A stretch of 63,353 bases of DNA, filler included, from Sanchytrium tribonematis (lineage: Eukaryota): NCBI GenBank assembly GCA_018985235.1. It is 26 parts of 26 records of this genome, joined end to end, with 100 filler letters (N's around TTAATTAATTAA, not from the genome) between each part and the next. Parts side by side here need not be neighbours in the genome. Positions count along the whole stretch, not along the records: positions 54,669 to 55,826 come from JADGIG010001390.1; positions 55,927 to 57,084 come from JADGIG010001391.1; positions 57,185 to 58,342 come from JADGIG010001392.1; positions 58,443 to 59,599 come from JADGIG010001393.1; positions 59,700 to 60,852 come from JADGIG010001394.1; positions 60,953 to 62,103 come from JADGIG010001395.1; positions 62,204 to 63,353 come from JADGIG010001396.1; 19 more parts are not named here. One strand, written 5' to 3'. Numbering within the stretch: position 1 is the stretch's first letter; each line of letters begins with the position of its first letter. Shown here piece by piece: positions 55,585 to 63,353 of the stretch. The notes below the pieces were generated by a model. The model searched no databases, was not told the DNA's origin, and was given only the letters and a program-made list of their open reading frames with translations. Position numbers and translations under genes: made by a program.

Positions 55585-56308
55585 AAAATCAAATTTGTTT
55601 GCCAAAAATCTCCTTGCGTTTAAAAATGTTTGCTTCTCATTCCATGGAATCTCTAAAAACATCATCCACGATATCACCATTTGTCATTGGTATGAATGAT
55701 TTACTATCAAAATATGGCATTCAATAAATTAATTTGCTAATTTCAATTGTCCAAAAAGTTGGCTACAAAAATGCCACGGCTATTCATGGCTAAATATACA
55801 GCCAAACGACGAAGATGAATGTGTTGNNNNNNNNNNNNNNNNNNNNNNNNNNNNNNNNNNNNNNNNNNNNTTAATTAATTAANNNNNNNNNNNNNNNNNN
55901 NNNNNNNNNNNNNNNNNNNNNNNNNNTTAATCATCCTTTTTTAGTGAACTTCAAATGAACGCCGTTGGGCATTTTATATGCAAATTAAAATCCTAAAACA
56001 ACAGGCAAAATATAATTTACCGACTCTATAAATCAATTTTCTATAGGTTTGAAGTAATCGATTTTTAAGTCAATCTCCTTTCCCAAGTTTCATTATTTTC
56101 AAACTGTTGGAATCAACATTTAATGAGAACGCACTTATTACTTAAGTTGCATTAGATAACACTCCTTACAATTGGTCAGTTCTCAACCTGTTTTGCAGAG
56201 CCCCAAAATTAGAATTTACCAAGGCAGTTCAAATTCTTCTAACATATCATTTTCTAAACACAGATTTTCGAAAAATTACTCCTTTAACCATCGTCTCAAA
56301 GTAGTTAA

Positions 56309-56611
56309 ATGTCAGAATTATATCGTGGGACTACTATTGGATCAGCGCTCACTGAAGCCTTGGATGAATTGATAAGAGAAAAGAAAGTAACTCCTGCGTT
56401 AGCGTTGCAAGTATTGAAACAATTTGACGAGGAACTCAGTTTTCAAATAGGTCAAACTAAAAATAAGATAACTTTAAAAGGTTCATTAAGCACTTACAGA
56501 TTCTGTGATGAAGTCTGGACATTTATTATCAGGGGGTGTCAGATAAAAACCGAACAGGAAAATTTGCATTGTGAAAAATTGAAAATTGTTGCAGTCAATG
56601 CAAGTAAATGA
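56309..56611 (+). CDS. TOA2: Transcription factor IIA gamma subunit
   Basis: ELYRGTTIG.ALTEALDEL, VLKQFD, TYRFCDEVWTF, KIVA. Confidence 0.96.
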   Translation: MSELYRGTTIGSALTEALDELIREKKVTPALALQVLKQFDEELSFQIGQTKNKITLKGSLSTYRFCDEVWTFIIRGCQIKTEQENLHCEKLKIVAVNASK

Positions 56612-56652
56612 TACAACAATTCGAAATAAAATATATAACATTTTTATTTGAT

Positions 56653-56943
56653 TTAAAGTCGAATCACCAGTTGCGGCTTCAGAGGGTGACCTTGAACAGT
56701 TTTTAATCTTGGCAATATTTTGTGCACCTCATCCCTCTTCTTGGCGTTAATCATTCCCCAATATTGCTCAGGCAAACCCAACGCGCCCAAATTCAATGCT
56801 TTATTCCACGGAACTAAGCAACGTGGATAGTAACATTGCAGGTAGTCTGATTGCAATCTGCAAAAATTGTCGCATTGCCTAAACTTCAGTTCAGCTTTTT
56901 GGTACGCAGAAATTGATAAAACTAAAGTTATTAGAGAAAACAT
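56653..56943 (-). CDS. Small putative secreted protein, 96 aa, 4 Cys
   Basis: Signal-like MFSLITLVLS; TGATTGG element 53 nt upstream. Confidence 0.5.
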   Translation of the reverse strand: MFSLITLVLSISAYQKAELKFRQCDNFCRLQSDYLQCYYPRCLVPWNKALNLGALGLPEQYWGMINAKKRDEVHKILPRLKTVQGHPLKPQLVIRL

Positions 56944-57461
56944 CTAAAGTAGAAAGGAATCCAAACCCTTAAAAATAAAGGTATAATATGCTTGGCCAAT
57001 CACAGTGTCCAATCATTTATTTAAAGTTTTCCAAATTATTGCTGCAATGCAAAGTTTTTAAAAGCATTATCCATAGCATCCAACNNNNNNNNNNNNNNNN
57101 NNNNNNNNNNNNNNNNNNNNNNNNNNNNTTAATTAATTAANNNNNNNNNNNNNNNNNNNNNNNNNNNNNNNNNNNNNNNNNNNNCATTTAATTTCTTTGC
57201 TTTAAAGATTTGTCGTTGTTGTTTCTTATTGGTGTCAATGGATTGTAATTCTATCATTTGCTGTGGTTTCTTGCTTAAAAACATGATGAATGAGAGATGG
57301 TAGTCGCATTTTATAATAGACTTGTGTCTAAAAGTGTTCAATTTGCACCAATCAGAGCGTGTTTGAGTGTCATTTTCTAAACTCCTTGAACACATTGGGA
57401 TACAATTGATTCACTATGTAATAGAACATACTTGGGAATCAATTGGCAAAATTTCATTTAT

Positions 57462-57938
57462 TCAATTACAAAAATGGTTGCTCAATCCAGGCATCAAATT
57501 CAATAGAATTGAAAGCGCCAATTTTGAAACTTCAATGGAGACAACGAAGAGACCGAGGGTCTTTAATGTACGGACAATTACAACGAGCAATAGATAGGCT
57601 TCAACGGCTGAAAAACTATGACCTGTTCTTTTCCATAAATGAGACATTTTACAAGTAGTTAGAAGCTGTTGACAATTGGTCGCGCAATTATCATGGCATA
57701 ATCTGCATGTTATGGTTTTAAGCACTATAGGGTAGCTCAATAATGTATCTGAACATCTCCTTAATATGTCGCTACCATCAACATTCTCTTCATAACATTC
57801 CATGATTTTGTGAGATTCAGATAATAGAAGACCCATACAATGAGTGCTATAGAAGTCGGACATCTGCATCAAACACAGATGTAGTGCACCGATGTCGGAA
57901 TATGCAAATGTGTAAAATAAAAGTATCATCCCTTTCAA
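57462..57938 (-). CDS. Cys-rich hypothetical protein
   Basis: ORF with signal-like N-terminus and many Cys; boundaries uncertain. Confidence 0.3.
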   Translation of the reverse strand: MKGMILLFYTFAYSDIGALHLCLMQMSDFYSTHCMGLLLSESHKIMECYEENVDGSDILRRCSDTLLSYPIVLKTITCRLCHDNCATNCQQLLTTCKMSHLWKRTGHSFSAVEAYLLLVVIVRTLKTLGLFVVSIEVSKLALSILLNLMPGLSNHFCN

Positions 57939-58084
57939 CAGTTTAACTCTGTGTTACAAACAGTATACGATTATTCAATTTGATAAATTCATGGACCCAA
58001 GTCTACTGATGCTTTCGTAGACTCGTATTTTAACTCATAGTTTGACTCACACGTCATGTCTATTCCAATTTGACTAAAATTCCA

Positions 58085-58342
58085 ATGAGACACGGAGATC
58101 CGCTCGAATTTGCAATTGCAAATTTACTCAGACAATTATCACCCAAGCTAACTCATATAGATCCACATGCACTAGATATATTATCACAATTATTTACTAG
58201 ATATTTGCTGGAATTAGCAGAGAATATTGCATTAAATGCAACTATGGCGCATCGAAATAGTCCAGATATGCTAGATATACGCAAAACATTAAATGATTAT
58301 ACGACAGTGGTATCTCTAATCCAACATTTTCATGCGACATTG
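58085..58342 (+). CDS. Bromodomain-associated histone-fold protein (TAF3/TAF8-like), partial
   Basis: IANLLRQ...ALDILSQLFTRYLLEL....A.MAHR..P...DI. Confidence 0.75.
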
Positions 58343-58442
58343 NNNNNNNNNNNNNNNNNNNNNNNNNNNNNNNNNNNNNNNNNNNNTTAATTAATTAANN
58401 NNNNNNNNNNNNNNNNNNNNNNNNNNNNNNNNNNNNNNNNNN

Positions 58443-58736
58443 AATGATTCCTCGTTCTATATTGTGCTGAATCATTTTCTCACAATACTGACGAATGTGT
58501 TTAACTCCTACACTTTCCTCTTCAGCGTAAATAACGTATATTTGGACATTTGGTTGATTTCTTTTTGCTGCAATTAAGTTTAATTCAGCCTTATTTACAA
58601 CTCCATTAATGACGAACTTTTTGGAGAACTCTTCAAACGACATATCAATTTCAGACTTGCTGAGATTATAACCCCTATCTTTGAGCATTTCAATGATTGT
58701 TTTTTGAATTCTAAATTGTCGTACTATATCGGACAT
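58443..58736 (-). CDS. RPB5: RNA polymerase common subunit Rpb5, 3'-partial
   Basis: FRIQKTIIEMLKDRGY, SFEEF..KF, QIYV, VGVKHI, RGII. Confidence 0.93.
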
Positions 58737-58811
58737 TCTCCTTGTATTATCCCTAATCAAAATTTTATTGGTGCTTAAGTTCTACACTCCTTTGAGGGCA
58801 GTAGTCGATTC

Positions 58812-59582
58812 TCATCTGGATTGCAAATACTTTTCTAAAACACTCAGTCTTTCTGTTTCTGGTAGAGATACCCACTCTACTCTTGTTTCAAGAATTGTAG
58901 TGGCTTCTTCCACGTTTTTGCAATTTTTGCATGCTTTTTCGATTAGCAAAAATAAAGACTCTTTGGCGCCTGTGTGTTCGGTCAAATTATTAAGTTTTTT
59001 CCACTGCTTAAAATATTTTCTGCGCTGTAGTTCATCAACATATTTCCAACGAGTATCATTTCTAAATTTATGCTTGACATGTACATATTCATAATTGATA
59101 GGACACTCTTTAAGCATTTCAAAGAAGTCATTGGTGAGATTTTTTGGTTTAACTTTTATGGTTGCATTTTTGCAATATTCACCGAAAATTCTGCGCGAAT
59201 ATTTTTTTTCCAGATTAAACTGACCACACATTTTTTCGACAACTGTATTAAATGGAGTGTATGGAGATACTTCATTTGCAATTAACCATTCTTTGAAAAG
59301 CCTCATTTGCAATTCAACGCCGTCCAAGTTAGCTTCATTTTCTTCAAAATCTGAAAAACCGAATTCCTCTCCATCAGAGCATTGCTCAGCACTGTTCGGA
59401 TTTCCTTCCGCTCGATCAAGAAGTACGGCTTTAAGTGAATTGATTAAATCTGGAGAAAAATCTAATTTTTGAAGATTGAAAGAGCTTTTTTCACCCGAAA
59501 CATAAAAGATGTTTCTTTTATTTGTAACGTAAAGTTGAAATTTGCCATCATAATCCAAACCTAACAACACTACTTCTCCCAT
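58812..59582 (-). CDS. FF-domain protein (TCERG1/Urn1-like)
   Basis: FKEWL...VSPYTPF; FFEMLKE...KFRNDTRW...RRKYF; degenerate WW-like N-terminus. Confidence 0.7.
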   Translation of the reverse strand: MGEVVLLGLDYDGKFQLYVTNKRNIFYVSGEKSSFNLQKLDFSPDLINSLKAVLLDRAEGNPNSAEQCSDGEEFGFSDFEENEANLDGVELQMRLFKEWLIANEVSPYTPFNTVVEKMCGQFNLEKKYSRRIFGEYCKNATIKVKPKNLTNDFFEMLKECPINYEYVHVKHKFRNDTRWKYVDELQRRKYFKQWKKLNNLTEHTGAKESLFLLIEKACKNCKNVEEATTILETRVEWVSLPETERLSVLEKYLQSR

Positions 59583-59700
59583 TGTAACATATAATTTATN
59601 NNNNNNNNNNNNNNNNNNNNNNNNNNNNNNNNNNNNNNNNNNNTTAATTAATTAANNNNNNNNNNNNNNNNNNNNNNNNNNNNNNNNNNNNNNNNNNNNG

Positions 59701-59883
59701 TACGAGCAAACCATTTGTCTCCGCGCTGTTAAAACCACAGATTACATGACTGCAGAAGTCTCATTTTTTGATCCCCAATTTTTAACAAAAGTGATGAATC
59801 GAATCATCAATGAAGTAGATGGCGTCAATCGGGTTGTTTTTGATATTACAAGCAAACCACCAGGCACCATTGAATGGGAATAA
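59701..59883 (+). CDS. GUA1: GMP synthase C-terminus, 5'-partial (absent from ORF track)
   Basis: [12 protein letters not shown]...[27 protein letters not shown]. Confidence 0.95.
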   Translation, partial: YEQTICLRAVKTTDYMTAEVSFFDPQFLTKVMNRIINEVDGVNRVVFDITSKPPGTIEWE

Positions 59884-59909
59884 GTGAGGGGTTCGTAAAT
59901 ATAATAAAT

Positions 59910-60125
59910 TTATTCGTTGATGGCTTTGAGAAGGTGGTAAACAGCCAAAAGGTAAAAGCCAAAATCAAAAATTTCCACAATTGCCCAAGCAACACCATAA
60001 TTTTGTTGTTTTGTCAGTTTTCCTTCAAAAAATGACGAGTAGACTTTAAAAATGGAATCAATTTGGTTTTTTGATGATCGTTGCATTGTACAGTGCTCCA
60101 ATCTCTTAATTGCGTCAATGGACAT
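59910..60125 (-). CDS. Small protein with C-terminal hydrophobic helix, 71 aa
   Basis: ATG ORF whose stop lies in an AATAAA palindrome. Confidence 0.35.
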   Translation of the reverse strand: MSIDAIKRLEHCTMQRSSKNQIDSIFKVYSSFFEGKLTKQQNYGVAWAIVEIFDFGFYLLAVYHLLKAINE

Positions 60126-60205
60126 GTTCCTAATTCCCCTTATTTTGCACTGCTAATGAAAACCCATTTATTCTTTAATATTAAATAGTCTCATCACTAG
60201 GTTTC

Positions 60206-60517
60206 TCAGATTCTACTCGGAGATAATGACCGCTTCTTGAGATGATTGGAAGAATTTTGACAGTCGTAGATGTAAGTCAGGAAATCAGGTTCTAAACCAT
60301 GTTCTTGAATGATCGCTACCAATGCGTCAAGTGTTTCCGTTGCCAAAAATAAAGTATGTTGGTCAATAGTGCATTCCTGTGCTAATTGTTGTCGACATGA
60401 TTTTGCATCAGACTGCAATCTATTTGCAATTTCCATTGCTTGTTCTAATTCATGGTCAATGGATTTAAATGGCATGTTAATCAATTTCGCAAATACAATG
60501 ACAGTCACAATCAACAT
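60206..60517 (-). CDS. Small putative secreted helical protein
   Basis: Hydrophobic N-terminus MLIVTVIVFA. Confidence 0.35.
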   Translation of the reverse strand: MLIVTVIVFAKLINMPFKSIDHELEQAMEIANRLQSDAKSCRQQLAQECTIDQHTLFLATETLDALVAIIQEHGLEPDFLTYIYDCQNSSNHLKKRSLSPSRI

Positions 60518-60952
60518 GGACGTAACACGGAGATATTTGCCAAGTGCATTATGCAACAGCGAATCAATTCAATTGTCAAGATCATGTGATTTTATTGAAT
60601 GACCAAAAAGAAAACAAACAAATCAAAATGACCCCACTAATACCTGCTCCAACAATGGAGAATGTACTCCACGTCCCCAAATTATCCTGACGTTGATTTA
60701 ATCGATCCAATGTTTGTGTCAATGGCACTATTGTTTCTTTATAATAAGCGGTACAATACTCTGGAGATTCTCTGATTGAATCATCTCCATTTTATAATAA
60801 CGAATGTTTATTAAAGTCACTCTCTCTTCTTATTCATTTCTTAAATATCATCNNNNNNNNNNNNNNNNNNNNNNNNNNNNNNNNNNNNNNNNNNNNTTAA
60901 TTAATTAANNNNNNNNNNNNNNNNNNNNNNNNNNNNNNNNNNNNNNNNNNNN

Positions 60953-62103
60953 CAATGGGTCTTAATAAACTCATTCCCTCATGATTTTCATCCAATTTCA
61001 AATGCGACGATGTTTCCCCATGTTTTAAAGACAAAATATCTAAAATCGTGGGCACTATCTCTAAATTGGTCAATTTTGTATCAAATTCATTATAAGCAAT
61101 GTTGTTTCTGATTTTAGGTGCTATGGAATCAATCCATTCTTGATTTTGACTATAAAAATACAAGGGTACTTTAAAGGCTTGCTCGTACTGCATTTCACTT
61201 GTGCCGTATTTCCCATGATCTCCAGTCATAATTCCATGATCCCCAACCACGACAATCAATGTATTTTTCTCATTTTCAAATAATTGAAACACAGAATCAA
61301 AATAATCATCAGTGTATTTTACCGTGTTTAAATAGTCATTATTGGCTTCATCTTCCACATAGTGCTTCTTATCAAATCCAAATGGGACACCGTATGGGTG
61401 ATGCATCTCATTGTTGATGCTACTAATAAAATAAGACATATTTTTAGATTTTGCATCTTTCATGTGTTTCTCAAAATAAGGGAGCAATAATGTATCTTGA
61501 TATCCAAAATAATTGATCATTTGTGGATGTGGTTTGTGCTGTGCATCCAATTCTTGATCCATTTCATTTTTAGTGATGATGGTTTCAAAACCCTCTTTTT
61601 TAAAAGAATCTCCTTGATGGTCAAAATTACCATCCGCAGTTTGATAAAATCCAGTATAATATCCATTATTCTTTAAGATATTGGGTAATAATGGGGCATA
61701 TGGCTCATATAAATGCTCTTTGGTGTAATCTACTGGAATTGGAAATGCACTGGTTAATGTACTGAATATACTCTTGATGGTGTATCCAGAGACACTTTTG
61801 ACATTTGGGACATGTACAGATCTATTGGATGTCAATAATGCTCTGATTTTAGGTGTTAAATCGGGAATGGGTTGACCCTTTGGAAAAGAACGAATGGCAA
61901 ATTCAGAAGATTGATTGAATGGAATCATATCTTCTCTGGCTGTTTCCATAAATAGCAAGACGACATTGTTGAAAATGCCATCTGGCATGCGTTTAAAGGA
62001 ATGTTGGAAATTATGATTTAAATGCCCTATTTGACTCATATGGGTGGATAAATGATGAAATAATGCAATAAACATGTAATATTTGCTATCAATTGCATCA
62101 CAT
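60953..62103 (-). CDS. Sulfatase/LTA-synthase-family catalytic domain, partial (second copy or allele)
   Basis: VVLLFMET, SGYTIKS, MHHPY, YLNTVKYTD, VVGDHG, FKVPL, IVPTILD. Confidence 0.85.
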
Positions 62104-62426
62104 NNNNNNNNNNNNNNNNNNNNNNNNNNNNNNNNNNNNNNNNNNNNTTAATTAATTAANNNNNNNNNNNNNNNNNNNNNNNNNNNNNNNNNNNNNNNNN
62201 NNNAGGTCAGGAGACTCAGCTTCACAGATATTTGCTTCTTAAACAAATGCGGTCAAAGATTGTATATCAATATCCAATATGCTACATTACGAGTATCTAC
62301 GAAGATGCCATAAAGATAGATTTTATGGCATTGAAGCTGGTAAAAGAAGGAAAAACCAGTCAACAAAAGATAAACGAAGATATGATGAGAGTAGCTAGAT
62401 TATGCCTTGCACAATAAATCCAAGAA

Positions 62427-63269
62427 CTACTTTATTTTTCGAATGCCTAGTATAATTCCAAAACGCATAATCAGGAGATCTATAATCATTTTCATTGAGT
62501 CTCTAATAATCGACATTTTACTTCCAGGAACTTCATTCCATGGAATTCCTAATTCCTTGATTTTTAAACCAAAATGTTCCGCCAAAAATATAAGCTCTAC
62601 ATCGAACAGAAATCGATCAATTCTGGCATTCTTGAAAATCATCTGTGCTGCTTTCCGCTTGAATAATTTGAATCCACACTGCGTATCATTAATTGATCTT
62701 ACTCCAAAGATATATACAATTAAATGAAAAGAGTACATTAAAAAATTTCGAAGTTGTGATCTTTTAACTAGGGAAGTTTTGGCAATATGTTTTCTACTTC
62801 CCACTACAACATCACTATCCTGGTTCCATAATATTTTAATACAGCGAAAACTAGCAGCAGCATCAGCATCCATGAACATTGCATACTCCCCCTTTGAATG
62901 GAACATTCCATGGCGTACGCCGTAGCCTTTTCCTCTATTATTAGGTAAGTCTAGTACTACAATATTCCAATTCTTGTACTTTTTTTGAGCAATTTTTAAT
63001 TTTTCTAATGTGTCGTCATTGCTTCCGTCGTTTACGAAGATGAACTCTATCTCGTTCACGGAAATATCCAAGGTTGGTAGGGTTTCAATTATGTCGTCAA
63101 AGCATAAATGAAGGCGGTCTGATTCATTATAACAAGGAATAATAACACTCAAAGTACATGACGACTTACCATATAAATTCATGCTGGTAACGTGAGGTAT
63201 TTTTGGAGTCATCTTGTATATAAATAAAATAAAAATTATGATTAGCAGCCCTCCTATAATTAAAAGCAT
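62427..63269 (-). CDS. ALG5: Dolichyl-phosphate beta-glucosyltransferase (GT2)
   Basis: N-terminal TM, SVIIPCYNE.RL, VNDGS.D.T, NRGKG, FMDAD, GSR.H, DTQCGFKLF, FDVEL, W.EVPGSK. Confidence 0.93.
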   Translation of the reverse strand: MLLIIGGLLIIIFILFIYKMTPKIPHVTSMNLYGKSSCTLSVIIPCYNESDRLHLCFDDIIETLPTLDISVNEIEFIFVNDGSNDDTLEKLKIAQKKYKNWNIVVLDLPNNRGKGYGVRHGMFHSKGEYAMFMDADAAASFRCIKILWNQDSDVVVGSRKHIAKTSLVKRSQLRNFLMYSFHLIVYIFGVRSINDTQCGFKLFKRKAAQMIFKNARIDRFLFDVELIFLAEHFGLKIKELGIPWNEVPGSKMSIIRDSMKMIIDLLIMRFGIILGIRKIK

Positions 63270-63353
63270 CAAATAGAAGTGTTTCAGAAAAATTTATTTT
63301 GTGATTATTGAAAATGTGGGTGAATTAGATTTAACTTGAGTTAGGCAGTCTTT

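Noticed and set aside
16466..62203. Regularly spaced TTAATTAATTAA flanked by N runs, resembling a repeat array or CRISPR
   Set aside because: It is an identical artificial six-frame-stop linker. The small contigs between linkers decrease steadily in size (1194 to about 1150 bp), which reflects assembly ordering.
40594..63353. Apparent gene neighbourhoods across spacers (for example retrotransposon next to vigilin, sirtuin next to PAH)
   Set aside because: These are separate contigs, so adjacency carries no biological information.
1..63353. tRNA, rRNA or snRNA genes
   Set aside because: None recognised by eye. A covariance-model scan (tRNAscan-SE, Infernal/Rfam) is needed to exclude them, especially in 48960-49515 and 24400-24730.

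Overview
This is not one locus. It is 26 eukaryotic contigs joined by 25 artificial 100-bp spacers (N44-TTAATTAATTAA-N44): two contigs of about 16 kb (1-16465 and 24288-40593) and 24 of about 1.15-1.19 kb, so gene adjacency across spacers means nothing. The genes suggest an AT-rich, very compact, intron-poor early-diverging fungus or close relative (inferred from a Tco89-like protein, septin, phenylalanine hydroxylase and a Shaker-type Kv channel), using the standard genetic code. Most contigs carry housekeeping genes (Sen1, kinesin-5, Mdm1/SNX14, PheRS-alpha, CIA1, PLD, CK2-beta, XPF, MLH1, Rpb5, TFIIA-gamma, QPRTase, ALG5 and others). Highlights: (1) three GT-AG introns of exactly 19 nt, all ending ATTTAG, each repairing a reading frame; (2) a 13.6-kb accessory island (26070-39680) holding a decayed bacterial Abi/DRT-type reverse transcriptase with a partial duplicate and an upstream 61-bp tandem repeat, a SWIM plus DUF3990/ART-like protein, Crinkler-like REase-kinase and NTPase-REase proteins, and three divergent CYTH-like paralogues; (3) a Ty3/Gypsy pol fragment with a PHD finger between RNase H and integrase; (4) a positionally conserved TGATTGG promoter element, and stop codons embedded in AATAAA signals. 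All family assignments come from motif recognition by eye, not database searches.
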